Source: Rhynchopus sp. YZ270_cl-10
Taxonomy: Eukaryota
Reading direction: 5' to 3'
NCBI GenBank assembly: GCA_964035575.1
Contig: OZ037837.1
Span: forward strand, 372,001 to 436,000
DNA: 64,000 nt
Below, one piece after another: positions 31,301 through 42,873 of this stretch. How positions within the stretch are numbered: the first letter of the stretch is position 1; each line of letters starts with the position of its first letter. Under the pieces are notes generated by a model. It saw only the letters and a list, made by a program, of their open reading frames with translations, did not search any database and was not told the origin of the DNA. The translations under genes were made by a program, and so were the position numbers.

Positions 31301-33518
31301 AGTGTGCCTCCACCCACGGGTGCCGGCACAGAAGGCCACCCTCAGCCACCACAGCACGCACATCCTCCTGCGTCAGCCCCACCTCGTCCAGCGAGTCCAG
31401 CACCAGCACCACCTCGTACGTCTCCGCAAGGTACGCACGGTCCGCCTCCCTCAGCGCAAACGACTCCAGCACAAACCTGTCCAGCCCTCCCTTCTCAAGC
31501 AGGTGCTGCTTCACAGTCGGCAGTGCCACAAACACAGGGAAGTACGGCTTCGCATCTCCATCTTGGGTGCTGTCGCAGTCCTTCTTCTTCGCAGACGTTG
31601 CAAGGTCGCTCAGGATTGCAATCGAAGCAGACGTCTTCCCGCTCCCACCTTCTCCGATCACACACAGCACACCGCATTTCGCTTTCTTTCGCTTTCGACC
31701 TTCTTGCCCCCCACCCTCTGGCGTATTGGGTCTACTCGACCTGTCAGCACACTTCGTTTTCTTCTTCTTCTTTTGTTTACCTTCTTTACCCGTCTCCGTC
31801 TTTGTATTTATGTCTGCAGCTCCCTGTGCGCACACTGCATACGTCTGGTTCACACGTCCACGTGCACGAAGCCACCTCCGCACCTCTTTCATCAGAAGAC
31901 GTGTCTCCGACTCATCCACACGTGTGTCGTCCCCCACTCGTCCTTCCACGTACTGCGTAAGGTAGTACTTGAAAAACTCGACAGTGTGTCCCATCACCTC
32001 CTGCAGCGCACCCACCTGCTCAGCCGCAGTCGTCTCAAGACCCGTACACACCTCCTGCATCACAATCACGTCAAAGCGCAGACCCATCATCCGCAGCAGC
32101 GTCGGCGAAAGCTTCCACTGCACCCGGTACTCGATGTTCGCTGTGTACAGCAGCTCGTCCTCCGAAGCATACACAGATGAGAACTTCACGTCTGCAGCAC
32201 CCTCCTTCGCCACCACCACAAAGAACGTGCCCCCCTTCCCGTACATGAAGCTCTGAGCCACATCCCGCTTCAGTGTTGTCGACGTGAAGCAGTTCCACAC
32301 AATGTGCGTCCCCAACGCGTACTTCGCAGACACGTTCACATTGATCCCACGGAACACAGTCCGCAGCTGCTTCCGACGGCTCCCAATCAGCCGGTCCAGA
32401 CCACGGATCAGCGGTGCAAAGGTCGCAATCACATGCAGCTGCGGGGGTGCAGGTGACAGCTCAAACACGTTCGGTGCTGCCGTCCCCTTCCACTCCTTCA
32501 CCAGAGGCAGCCACCCCACAGCACGCATTGCAGTGTTCATCGTCATGTACAGCGCAAGCGACTGTGACTCAGCGGCACTTCCGTGGTTGTCCAGCACAGC
32601 CCGCTCCGTTAGTTTGATGTACCGCGGCTTCCCATCTTCCCCTTTCGCAATCTGCGGTGTCCCGTGCTCATCACACACAACATCCCCGCCGCTGTCCAGC
32701 ACATACTCCACACAGTCAGATGTGAACAGGAACCCCGACAGCAGCAGCTCAAACGGGTCGCGTGCCGCCATCCAGTCATCCACCTCCACGTGTCCACGTG
32801 TCCCCGCAGCCTCCCTCCGTCTTCTGATGTCCTCCAGCAGACGCTTGCACACCACACGTAACCCCGCCTCCATGTGCCGCACATGTTCGTCTGTGTAGCC
32901 CAACGGCGGATCCACCTTTGGCAGACCACGCAGCCAGCACAGCAGGTCTTCGCCTCCGTTGCTGTTCTTGTTGCTGTTGTCCTCTGTTTTCTGCAGCCAC
33001 TCCACCTTCCGTCCGTCTGTGTGCCGCAGTGCACCCGTGTCCCCGTCAAGATCGTCCTCTCCCAGCTGTCTGTCTCCATTCGAAGCGTTCGTGTCTTCCT
33101 CCTTTCCGTCTGTGTGGGTGTCAGTAAGAGGTGCTGTCGTTGCATCTCCACCGCTCCGTTCCACCGCCACACCTGTCGTTGTTGTCACAACACCGTCAGT
33201 GAGGTACACCTGCACAGCATCCTCCACCTCACCAAGGATCTCTCTTGCATGCGCCCCCAGCTCCGCCTCAAGTCGCCCCCGCACATCCGCGTCCCTGTGC
33301 TGCAGTGCGTACCACAGCGGCACCTTCCCGTCCCTGTCACGCACGTTCCCTGCACCGTTCTCCACAAGAAACCGCACTGCCTCCACATCCCCCGCAATCA
33401 CGGCGCTGTGCAGCATTGTCCTCCCGTCCACGCTGTCCACTACATCCACGGGCCTCTCCTTACTTGTAATTCCCTTTGCAATCTCGTCCTTTTCAGGATT
33501 CGACGCCCCTGATCCCAT
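28365..33518 (-). CDS. NLR-like protein: ankyrin, ADP-ribosyltransferase, STAND/NACHT-type NTPase, pentapeptide repeats, WD40 repeats
   Basis: ATG 33518 MGSGAS; GRTMLHSAV/GKVPLWYA ankyrins; VFRG, FTSTT, SEDE ART motifs; GEGGSGKT and VLVLDSLDE; FTFRHKSLGEYLAA; about 13 GHT..V..VAVTPDG..D.TVRVW repeats. Confidence 0.88.
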   Translation of the reverse strand: MGSGASNPEKDEIAKGITSKERPVDVVDSVDGRTMLHSAVIAGDVEAVRFLVENGAGNVRDRDGKVPLWYALQHRDADVRGRLEAELGAHAREILGEVEDAVQVYLTDGVVTTTTGVAVERSGGDATTAPLTDTHTDGKEEDTNASNGDRQLGEDDLDGDTGALRHTDGRKVEWLQKTEDNSNKNSNGGEDLLCWLRGLPKVDPPLGYTDEHVRHMEAGLRVVCKRLLEDIRRRREAAGTRGHVEVDDWMAARDPFELLLSGFLFTSDCVEYVLDSGGDVVCDEHGTPQIAKGEDGKPRYIKLTERAVLDNHGSAAESQSLALYMTMNTAMRAVGWLPLVKEWKGTAAPNVFELSPAPPQLHVIATFAPLIRGLDRLIGSRRKQLRTVFRGINVNVSAKYALGTHIVWNCFTSTTLKRDVAQSFMYGKGGTFFVVVAKEGAADVKFSSVYASEDELLYTANIEYRVQWKLSPTLLRMMGLRFDVIVMQEVCTGLETTAAEQVGALQEVMGHTVEFFKYYLTQYVEGRVGDDTRVDESETRLLMKEVRRWLRARGRVNQTYAVCAQGAADINTKTETGKEGKQKKKKKTKCADRSSRPNTPEGGGQEGRKRKKAKCGVLCVIGEGGSGKTSASIAILSDLATSAKKKDCDSTQDGDAKPYFPVFVALPTVKQHLLEKGGLDRFVLESFALREADRAYLAETYEVVLVLDSLDEVGLTQEDVRAVVAEGGLLCRHPWVEAHCSVVVTVRGEYLKSVDASPSGVCGAGVRAVYMQPFTEVDARTYIKRANKAWKKERKKDVTKGERTVFVREEDVEGLVLLRNPFMLHMACHAQCSGKASEEVIYEAYLQTWTKKEMASACGSGAEDLSLEEVVRAGELVACRMLDVNEWQGTVGVASQSLVSQHDLSEAVRDACFRCLPFRIEDFGEERSAFTFRHKSLGEYLAARRLARDPAGTLGQLVQRSFSKDSQRVLGFFAALLCADSVLYERACTELLALAKVARIYYYGSLDLEGDMSSCFPASNAAALLARARIPVSGEDLRGLRLSYCDLRGSLFVETRLDEASFSNCWLEHTEFHACDMRDMSFPSCTMGTPLPSMRHPSQVHAMAVTPDGTKVVTGCEDTHVRVWGMETGKEVMTFVGHTSAVCAVAVTPDGFWIVSSSASDVRVWDMCTERQIHFFDSFGMGDVVVSPDSCQFFSCSSDKAVCVWDISTCELLSEPWTNTVDGKACALTVSADGDQVLSCVDNDIRIWDLATEAEVAVLKGHKDTVHGVVAPDGCHIVSCSEDATACLWTLSESHALVERLVFEATSALRSVAVTPDGGHVVAGSQDSAVYVWNMSTGTATLTLEGHRGAVNSVSVAVTPDGHRIVSCSEDTTLRVWDMFTGKEALCTEVHTSAVQSVALTPDGSVVSCGGETVCMWSPATGKQTQVFEGHTDIVRQVAVFADGSHLVSCSADKTVRVWSIQTGNEVHLLEGHTDSVTWVAVTPDASHVVSHSKADGVCVWHLPTGNRVAVWTGCHMCLAERIAVSPDGMHLVLCLGSQVLLCNLHTGKQVCACAEHFEYRFEGATVTPNGSHVVVWGGESDSLRVWGFATRKVLGDLIWTSQTSPSLSAVAATQDGEYLVGCNPDGLLAMWSMATRTRVAETTTRICSVSSVAVSPDGRTVVCGCSDKTVRVWEVCKSSFRLKRVIGATPTVPRALGCSHVDSVSVSAKLILLDRT

Positions 33519-34850
33519 TTTGAAGTTTTTGAAAAATCTGTGAACATGTATAGAATGGAAAGACAAATCGACGAAGAGATGTGATCAACAGAATGAAGTG
33601 AAACCTGCCCTCCCCACTACGACGCAAGGAGGTGTGTTTGCTGTTTTGTTATTTCGGCAGATTTCTTTATTAAGTATGTACCAGTTTAGAGAAAGACTAC
33701 GAGAGACTGCAAGGATTCTGAATCGTGTATACTCTAGAATGGGTAGAGAAAAGGGAAAAGGGAAAAGGGAAAAGGGAAAAGGGGGTCATTTTGGTCCAAT
33801 ATCTTTTTTTGTTCAAACAAAAAGTGTAAAATGAATCGATATTCCATTATCCAACCCGTTTCTTTCTTTCAAGTTTAAAATGCCAAATTCAAAAAAAAAA
33901 TCAGCGGGGCAGATTGAAAAGCCCACCTAGTTATTTTTGAGGGAAAAAAAAAAAACAAAAACATGAAGAATGTATAATGCAGTGGGATATGCTTCGTTTC
34001 GTACCTGCTGCGCAGCCGAAATGCCACTGATCTGATGTAATAACGGTCTCAGCAACTTACGCACACAGTCACTGTTAATCTAGGATCGCCGCAACAACAA
34101 AATAAAATATAGAAGATACTAGTTGTTGCTGCAGGCATCCCACTGTACAATGCCATCCCCGGAAGGAAGCATCATAGTATGAAATTTCGTTCCATTTTTA
34201 TTATTTTCAGTTTTTTTTTCCAGAAACAAAACAAAATATGTCGAGAATTTTTGATAAATAAAAAGGGTTAAAAAAAATCAGAAATACAAACAAGTAATTG
34301 CTATCGGAAAAAAAACGGGGTGTGATGTGGAACTCCATCCTGTAGAAATAATCTACAACACGCCCAGCATTCTGCTCTTCTGCAGGTATGCTAACGCTCT
34401 TCGTACGCTGCCAGACCCACTGAGACGCCAGCATCTGAAACGTTCAAGAAGGGGGGCTGTCCTCTTCGTCCAGCACCATCTGCTCGATAGCGTTGTTGGA
34501 CGTCGGCTCGGCAGGCTCGGCGTGTTCCAGCTCGTTTTTGTTCACAGGCTCCCCACATTGTCGTCGTCGTTGGAGCAGTGCGGAAGGAACAGAATGCACA
34601 GACTACAACACATCGATCACACCAGGCGCATCAGCACCTCCAGCAAATCGCCAGGATGCTACGGTGGTTTCGAAAATCGCGCGGAGTTTTCCACAGCACA
34701 CCCCGTTTTATCTTAGCAATTACTTGTCCTTGTTGCTATTGTTGTTTTCAACCACCTTCCTTCAACCCTTGTAAGGATCATTTGTTATTTTTTTCGCGAG
34801 AACATGAAATTACACATTTCAAGAGAACAAATTAAAAAGGGTCCTTATTT

Positions 34851-35711
34851 CAGCGGTGAAAATCTTGGGCAGTAAGCCCGGGAAAACCCGGGCTTAATTA
34901 ATTTTGCGCAGAGCAAGCCCGGGTTCGAAGGCCGGGTTTACCCGGGCTTAAGCCTGGGTTTTCCCCGGGTTTTAACTTTTCTGGGGTGGGCTGCCCCACC
35001 CCACTCCGGGGGGTGTAGCCTCAGGGTGCAGCCCGGGGTAGTCAGTCGCCGAAACGAAGCTCTGTTGACAGAAAACAACAAAGTCAGTAAAGAAAACACA
35101 CGTCTATACTCAAGGGTTACCCACACCCAGAGCGCGACTTAATTGGTCAAACGCCGAAGGAAAAGGAAGCATGCATCATGGCGAAATAATAAAAGTAGCG
35201 TACCGTGCGCCTGCGGCGCAAGATTGCAACCCACCCTTCCCATCACATAATTTGGCTGTAAAAATGTGCAATTTTAAGCTCAATTTTTTGAAATGGTGCG
35301 TACCGTGGCTTCGCTTTGGGTGCCATGACCGCCCTTTCTTTGTTATAAATGTACTGTGGCTACTGACAATTCGCGCCTGGTGCACGAATTGTTATCAATG
35401 AAGTGCTGAATTAGATAACCGAGGAATTTTCATATTCCGCCGGAGGCAACTTGAGCTGGGTTGGGGACCGGCTCGACCGAGTTTCAGCGAAAACCCCCAA
35501 AACCTATAATTCCCCTGCGGAGGGGAAAATTATTTTTTTGGGCTGACCGAGCCAGCCCCTCGTGGGCGGAATTCTCTTTTGAACCCTGGGTTTGCAGAAA
35601 ATTTTTTTACACCAGTATTTTAATTATTTTCACAAAAAAACCAAGCCCGGGTACAAACCCGGGCTTCGAATTAATTTTGCTAGCTGGGGAAGCCCGGGAT
35701 TTTCAACCCTG
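34851..35711. mobile_element. hAT-like non-autonomous element with CCCGGG subterminal repeats
   Basis: CAGCGGTGAAAATCTTGGGC ... GCCCGGGATTTTCAACCCTG; 8-bp TSD CCTTATTT at 34843-34850 and 35712-35719. Confidence 0.8.
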
Positions 35712-36406
35712 CCTTATTTGCATTTTTGGGATTCACCCGTGCAGTGGTGGGGTCAATCTCGAAAATTGGACAATTTTTTGACCACTTAAATTTTGAGAAA
35801 TATGAGCCCGGTTCCTTATACGTGGGGCCCATTTTCAGCTAAAATTTTCCTCAAAATCTGGGTTTGTAAAATTGACCCTTTACTCCCCCCCCACATCGAT
35901 TTCAATACTATACCTTACTTCACCTACGGTTGCCCTTACAGGGGGGGTGAAGGAAGGTAGGTTGAAAAAACGAATTCCTCTGGAGGGTTTGGGTATACAT
36001 ATAGGGAAACTGTACCCCTCCCCCTGCGAAAGGGGAAGTGCCGAAAACACGACGATAAACAAAAGCATTGAAGACACGTGGTTACCAGAAAGGGGAGTTT
36101 TGAAAATGTTTTTCGTTCGTTTTGAAAGTGCTTTGTGCTCTGTTTATATATTTTTGATTAGTGGTGCTGTAGACGTGGAGTCAGAGAGGAAGGGGTGCGT
36201 TACTTTGTATGAGATTACGGCGTATCCTCTTTCTCAGCGACTGTAAAATGTCTTTGTTGTTTGTTTATTTGTTTGTATTAAGCATTGCAGACACGTGATT
36301 ACCAGAAGGGGGGGGTGGAGGTGGGGGTTGGGTGTTTTGAAATATGAGTTTTCGAGCTGTGCAAGCGAGCAGCACATTTTTATTTTTTTTGGAATTACGA
36401 TGTCTT

Positions 36407-36514
36407 CCACCTGATTTTTACCCCGCGTATAGGCGCGTAAAGGCTGGTAAAAATGGGTGGGGTTTGGCCTATACGGGCCTGTACGGGCCTATACGCGGGG
36501 TAAAAATCAGGTGG
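36407..36514. mobile_element. 108-bp fold-back MITE
   Basis: CCACCTGATTTTTACCCCGCGTATAGGC ... GCCTATACGCGGGGTAAAAATCAGGTGG; GTCTT on both sides. Confidence 0.72.
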
Positions 36515-39059
36515 GTCTTACGATGAAATCAACCATCTGATTTTCCCTGAAATCCTGGAGTTTGGGGGGAAGGTAGGGGGGGCTTAACACCACATCTCCA
36601 AACACCAAAAATTTCTGGAAAAAATCAGATGAATAATATTAAAAAAAGAACAATTACACCCACTACAGTTCTGTTTGCGGTTTTCATACACACGGGTTGG
36701 GCGCATCTGTTAACAATCATCTCTAATGCACTATGATCGTTTTATACGCTATTCTTGTGAAAGGTGAGAGGGACAAGACTAACGATTATATGATATCATG
36801 TATGAGATGTTTTTGGGGGGATACCTCTACTTTATCTTACAGTGTCCAAATATTAGTCTAGCGGATTTGAGCATTTTATTTTGGTAATTTGACTTCTTTT
36901 TAGAAGTTAAAATTGACAACAAAATCAAGAATCCTGCATTAACCCTTGATGGAAGAAAGAAGAAGTATTTCAAAATATGCATTCAATAAATTGATAGCAT
37001 AGGAGAAGGGAAAAGAAAAAGAAAAGTTTTATAAGATGACCCTAAGCCTCTCGTGCTTAGTCTGATTAGATTACTTAATGTTTTGAACATTGGTTATTCA
37101 TCAATCTTTTTTGTTGTGTTTTTGCCTCTCGTGCTTAGTCACCTTGTAAAAAAAGGGGGCAACAGTGCAGTTTTTTCTTTCATTAATTGAAGCGAGTATA
37201 CTCCAGCGTTGAGGTGCTGGAGTAATGAGTAGAATGTTTTGAAAATGTGTTCGCAAAATGAACGAAACAGAACCTGACTAATGTACAAGGAGTCCCTTCA
37301 GATAGGTATGCCTTGTCGTGCACACAGCATTGGAGAGGGAGGAATATACAAGTAAGACAACAAACATCGGATGGGTAAAAACCCCTCTAGAGTTTTGAAA
37401 TCCCAAAATGGTGTGGCTGGCGAGTGACGACCCCAAAATAGCAGAAAATAGCAGAAAATAGCACAACAGTAGCACCCCCTTTCAGCCACACCACAAAATC
37501 CACCTTAGTTTTTACACCACCGGTGTTTGCTGTCTTACTGTAATAAAAACCCTGTTCGTCTTTAGTTGGTACGCCACCCACATCAACTATCAGTTGGGTT
37601 ATTGTGGGTTCCGTCCACCACAAAGTCTTTTTCCTAATAAAAAACAAGAAGACAGACGAATCCGCCCATTTTTTTTGGGGCTCATTAAAAATAAAGTTAA
37701 AATAACGTTAAAGTTCAGAGGTGGACGCGTTACAGTGGTCCAACCTCCCGGCACGATTATGCGCCAATTAGTCAGAAAGTGATTAAAAAAAATTTAACCC
37801 ATTGAACACTGAACCAGATATGGTTTCGGAAAAGTCCTTTCGAAATCCTATTTGTCAAATCCTGAAAACGCTGATGTCTTTGGAACCTCTGGAAGAATTT
37901 AGGTAGTTCGAATAAAAGATGGCCCCATTTGACTAGTATACCCCTCTTTACTCCCAAGCGTCCCCCAGCAGCAACAACTAAAGTTACGGGGTTTACTCAG
38001 CACTACCAGCATGTGTTCACCTTAAATCCAAGGTACACAAAAGCCTCGGTTTTTCAAAAATATTTTTTGGCTGGAGTCTCTTTTGGTGACATGGTGCTTT
38101 CAAATTTCTTTTAAATGCGACCGATTTCGATCCGACTATCGTTATCTAAAAAAAAAAGGTCATTTTTTTTCAATTTTTTCAGTGTTCAATGGGTTAAGAA
38201 AGCTGGAGTGTTCTCCACTCAGCATCGTATCTCCCACAAAAAGAAAGGGAGCAGGGGTGACTCTGTTCTAAGGGTGGGAGGGGCCACGGGGAGGCCCAAA
38301 ACAAAAGTAAGAATATTTGTAAGACGATTCTAAGCTTACATGCTTCGTCACACCTTAAATTAAACGTTGACCACGTGCACACGAGACACCTTGTGTGGGT
38401 GCAGGCACGTGAGAAAAGATAGGTACCTTTTCCTGGTTGTGTAAAAAAATAATTATTGGAAAGTGGAGGTTTTGCGCAACTGTGAGCAACACAACAGAGG
38501 CACCTACACTACTCCAACAATATATCAAAAAAAGTGAAGCTGATAGTGCAAAACGCCTCTGGGACGCAGGCACTGAAACTCCACGGGGGGGGAAAAAGTT
38601 AAAACGATGAATGTGCCTTTCATGCAACGCACATCTATGATCAGTAAGAATCAAAGGAAAAAGGGACGGGAAACTGTCTCCATATATCACAGCTAGTAAT
38701 GCTAATAGAAGCAAATAAAAAGCTCACATATAAATTCTGGAAATATCCGAAAATCTAATCATATTCTTGTTAGCTTACTAGCTATGATGGACACATACGA
38801 TTTTTTTTAAAATTTTCCCTTCAAACTTCACGCTTTTGGTTTTCTTCACACACAAAGGCCAAAAAAACGCTGAACCCACGAGAAAAAAAAGCTGCACACA
38901 CACACACACCACACCCTCACATAAAACCCACCTTTTTTTTGTGTTCCTTTCTTTCTCCATACAAAAAAAAACAACCATATTTCCCCCCTTTTTTTATCCC
39001 CCTCTCGGCATCTCCAAATCCTTTCCCCACTCCACCCAGCTTCCTCTCCCCTCTTCCTC

Positions 39060-42000
39060 TCACAAAGCTGGCATATCGTCATCGAAGCGTCCTAGAGAGA
39101 CCAAGGGGCGAGGTGAGGCACGTGGAGCAAGCGGGATGTCGAGAGGGGACACGACGGGGCATCGATCGGGTGCGGGAGAGAGCAGAACTGATAGACACGC
39201 CGTGCTCGCCCCGCCGAGACCTGAGCTCGCAGAAAAGCCACTTCCTGCGGCAGCAGCGTCGCCAACGAGAATCGAGCTTGCACTGCCCCCTGCCACCTCG
39301 CCGAGAAGCAGGGAGCCAGCACTGCCTGCTGCAGCCTCACCGAGGAGGGAGCCACTTCCTGCACCGACCGCTTCGCTGAGGAGAACGGACCCCGCTCTGC
39401 TGCTTGGCCGTGCGTGGGGTGGTGTCAGCACTGTAGGTGATATGATGCTGCGTAGCCCAGGGTTGACCAGGGTTGTGTGACGCCGTCGCCCACTCCGTTC
39501 AGAGATGCCTGCAGGTGAGACAACCGAAGGTGAGAGCTCGGAAAGGAGCAACGGAGAGTCTGTGTCATGAGAGTCGCGGCTGGCAGAGATGCTTGGGTCG
39601 AGGGCAAGCCATTTGACGCTGTGGTGGTCGTTCACCTGGCGTACCCGAGACGCAGCGAGGAACGACGCAGAGCGTTGTCCGTCTGCAGACGACACATCAC
39701 GGTGGTTGCGTAGACAGAACAGAGGGCCCTCTCTGCCAGCATGGCTCAAGTCCATTTCGTTGACCCCACTATCCCACCGTGGCGAACCCGAAGGGGTAAG
39801 AGTGGAGGATCGGTTCCTAGGCGAGGCAGCAAAGAGGGTGCCAACTGCTTCAGGTTCTGCCGTGTGTAGGTGGTGTTCTTCGTGCAAAGTTGGTGACGGA
39901 AGTGGGTGTTCCCACACCCGGCGTTGCAGTGTCATGCGTGAGCGTGAGGTGAAGACAGCAATTTCGGCGACGATGTCGAGGCTCGCCCGACACACCAGCG
40001 CCACAACAGCAGCAGTCAGCACAGAGTTCGCTGCAGAAAACGTCGCCCCATCAGGGTCCTCCATATAGTACCCAGCTGAGGTAAGAAACAGCGCCACCGC
40101 CTGCAGCAGCAGAACAGCAGGGTCGATGATGTTGTCCCTGAAGCGGACGTGTGGTTTGAGGTACAGCTCGAGTGTGAACATGATGAGGAATATGCACCCC
40201 CCCGCAAGACGCGCATGTCCGCACGCAACCATGTCCGGCGTCGCAAAGGCCTGTGTAGCCGCAAGCGCAAAGCTTGCGGCAAACTCAATCACACTGAACC
40301 ACACCACCCCGGGACGGAAGCTGCGCATCACCGACGCGTAGCGGTACACCCAGTGGTATTCACGCTTCAGGCTGAGCCACTCGCCACGCCCGGCAATGCA
40401 GCGCAGCCACCACGACCGTTGTGGGTCGACGTAGTACACAGCCGCATCCCCGCCGTGCGACAACACCTTGAAGAGGCCCACCGGTACCGCAACACACAGC
40501 ACCACCGTCGCAACCCCTGCTAACGAATAAAGCGCAGCACTGTCAAAGAGAAGAACCAGGCCCGCAAAGCTTGTGCCCTGGTACAGAACGTAGAAGGCAA
40601 AGAGCGGTATGGAAGGGAAGCGGATGACTGCACGCAGGTCCTCGGCCTTGTTGCAGTGGCAGGAGTGTGCAAAGAAGAGCACGAGCTTCGCTATGAGTGT
40701 GAGCACGAAGCAGATGGACAGGTTCCCCACGACGGCGCCTGCCGCAACAGACCCACCCAAGTGGAAGCGCAGGGGGTGCAGTGGCAGAGGCAGCTCCTTC
40801 TGCCCCGACAGCGTGCAGCGCTGCGAGACCAGCACCAGGCGTGTTGCCGCACCCGCGCTCGCACCCATCGTCACCGTCGCAGCAATCGCAGCACTCTGCC
40901 CACCACTGCTGACTGCTGAGTCGGGTGTGCCAACCACGACACGTGCCGGTGCTGCTGTGGGCACGGGTGCTGCCAGCAGCGGTGCTTCTGTCTCTGTCGC
41001 AGCTGCAGTAGCAGTAGCAGGCTCTGTTGTGACGTCATCTACAGGTACAAGCGACGACAGCACAGACGGCGCAAACGTGCCCTGCACAGGCACCGTGCCT
41101 GGCACTGATGTTGCCCCTGCTGATGGCGCTGTTGTGTCCGGCACATCTGACGTGAACACTGGCACCTCTGTGTCACCTGGCACCGCCACTGGCGCCACAG
41201 TCTCTGGCACCTGCGTCGCTGGCACACTTGGCAGTGGCACCACTGTCCCCATAGCCGGCACCACCGTCGGAACTACAGTCGCCGGCACTTCCGTCGGCCC
41301 TGCAGTTGGCGCCACTGTGACGGGGTCCAGGCCTAAGGGATACGGTGTGGTCGGTGCCAGGGAGGCACCGGGCTCCTCGAAGTAGGCGTACTTGAGGAAG
41401 TGGATGCAGTCGGCCTGGTCACAGTCGCCACGGAACATGCCCACCACGAAGGCGTTCTCGGGTACAGAGCAGAAGCCTTCGGACTCCTTCTTCATGCAGT
41501 CACGCACGTCAAGCACGCGCACAGGGCCACGCTGCAGCGCCACACCGCCTAGCACCGCATCGCAACAGTACAGATTCTCAATCGCATCCAACGTGTCTTC
41601 AGACAAGATCGCGCTGCCTCGATTCCGCCAGCCCTTCAGAACCTGGTTCCCCGCACACTGCATCCAGGAGAGACGCGTTCCAGGGTAGTCATTTGACCGC
41701 GCCGACACTGAACAGGAGACCTGGGTGTCCACCATGTCAGAGTACGGGGAGGCGCAGGCCATTTTACCTATTGTGGACAGGCCGTTGTAGGTGCTGTTGC
41801 GGAAGACTCCTGTGAGGAGCTCCCACTCGCGGCAGATGCAGCGCTCAGCGTTGTAGTACGCAAGGCAGTGGCGGAAGTCACGTTGGTGTGGTGGTGCCGC
41901 CCACGTTGTGCGCACAACTGCTGCAGCTACAGGGGCGAGGGTGTACACAGAGAAGGCTTCTGCACCCCCGCAGAGGTGCGCGCTGTCTGGCGTTGCGCAC

Positions 42001-42260
42001 GGTGTGTCGCAGAGCGCAGCGTTTCCCGGTGTGTACGTGAACCCGCACCAGCATGCGGCATCGGTTGTATTCGTCGTGAGTGCCATCACAGTGTACCCCA
42101 GAGGCGACGCACTGCACCACTCAGAGCAGACCTTGAGGACCGGGGAAGGTGCGCGTTGCACGAAGCCGGCAGTGTTCGCAGGCACGCATGCCACCACCTC
42201 CCACGTAGCGGCAGGGAGGGGGAAGAGGAGGAGGAGGAGGAGCGGGTGTGAGCGTTGCAT
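39060..42260 (-). CDS. Surface protein, paralogue of 779-4045 (WSC, Cys-rich domain, mucin stalk, multi-TM)
   Basis: 1066-aa ORF with signal peptide; ACWCG..CDTPC..CGGAEAFSVY; long blocks identical to 779-4045. Confidence 0.85.
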   Translation of the reverse strand: MQRSHPLLLLLLFPLPAATWEVVACVPANTAGFVQRAPSPVLKVCSEWCSASPLGYTVMALTTNTTDAACWCGFTYTPGNAALCDTPCATPDSAHLCGGAEAFSVYTLAPVAAAVVRTTWAAPPHQRDFRHCLAYYNAERCICREWELLTGVFRNSTYNGLSTIGKMACASPYSDMVDTQVSCSVSARSNDYPGTRLSWMQCAGNQVLKGWRNRGSAILSEDTLDAIENLYCCDAVLGGVALQRGPVRVLDVRDCMKKESEGFCSVPENAFVVGMFRGDCDQADCIHFLKYAYFEEPGASLAPTTPYPLGLDPVTVAPTAGPTEVPATVVPTVVPAMGTVVPLPSVPATQVPETVAPVAVPGDTEVPVFTSDVPDTTAPSAGATSVPGTVPVQGTFAPSVLSSLVPVDDVTTEPATATAAATETEAPLLAAPVPTAAPARVVVGTPDSAVSSGGQSAAIAATVTMGASAGAATRLVLVSQRCTLSGQKELPLPLHPLRFHLGGSVAAGAVVGNLSICFVLTLIAKLVLFFAHSCHCNKAEDLRAVIRFPSIPLFAFYVLYQGTSFAGLVLLFDSAALYSLAGVATVVLCVAVPVGLFKVLSHGGDAAVYYVDPQRSWWLRCIAGRGEWLSLKREYHWVYRYASVMRSFRPGVVWFSVIEFAASFALAATQAFATPDMVACGHARLAGGCIFLIMFTLELYLKPHVRFRDNIIDPAVLLLQAVALFLTSAGYYMEDPDGATFSAANSVLTAAVVALVCRASLDIVAEIAVFTSRSRMTLQRRVWEHPLPSPTLHEEHHLHTAEPEAVGTLFAASPRNRSSTLTPSGSPRWDSGVNEMDLSHAGREGPLFCLRNHRDVSSADGQRSASFLAASRVRQVNDHHSVKWLALDPSISASRDSHDTDSPLLLSELSPSVVSPAGISERSGRRRHTTLVNPGLRSIISPTVLTPPHARPSSRAGSVLLSEAVGAGSGSLLGEAAAGSAGSLLLGEVAGGSASSILVGDAAAAGSGFSASSGLGGASTACLSVLLSPAPDRCPVVSPLDIPLAPRASPRPLVSLGRFDDDMPAL

Positions 42261-42601
42261 GGCGGCTGGCTACAGGGCTTGTGGCATTGTAAGGGGTTGG
42301 GGGGAGGGTGGGTAATCTGGTGAGGTAGTGGCGGTGGTGGTCAGTGAGGAAAAGGTCCTGGGGAAAAAAAAAAGTTGAGTTTGCAATGCAAAGCTCTCGT
42401 GATCAGTGTATCGTGGTATAAGTGGCTACGCCATGGTTCGTCTGGGCATCTCCAGCGGGTCAAGTTGCAAAAAAGAAACTACTCAAAATACTCACCCTGT
42501 TTCCCCCTCACACCTGATAATGACCGTCCTGTAAAGAATGTCTCGACTGAGCAGACATAAGCAATTTAGCGCGTGAAGAAAACGTAGGTATTTTCTTTCC
42601 T

Positions 42602-42873
42602 TACCGACCCTCCCCCGTGAAATTGTCCCCCCCCAAAAACCGGTATTTTGCCCCGACGGACAATTTCAAGGCAGGGGGGGACAATTTCAAGGGAGTCGCG
42701 GGGACAACCTTTGCTCTCCCTTCTTCACACCAAAACGGCCACCCCCCTACAGTACGAGAAATTGTCCCCCCTTTTTGCCGTACGTGATATTGTCCCCCCC
42801 TCACTTTTTCCCCCAGGGGGGACAATTTCAAGGGGGTCGGAGGGGGGGACAATTTCACGGAGGAGGGTCGGTA
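42602..42873. mobile_element. MITE with TA ends and GGGGACAATTTC internal repeats
   Basis: TACCGACCCTCCCCCGTGAAATTGTCCCC ... GGGGACAATTTCACGGAGGAGGGTCGGTA. Confidence 0.82.
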
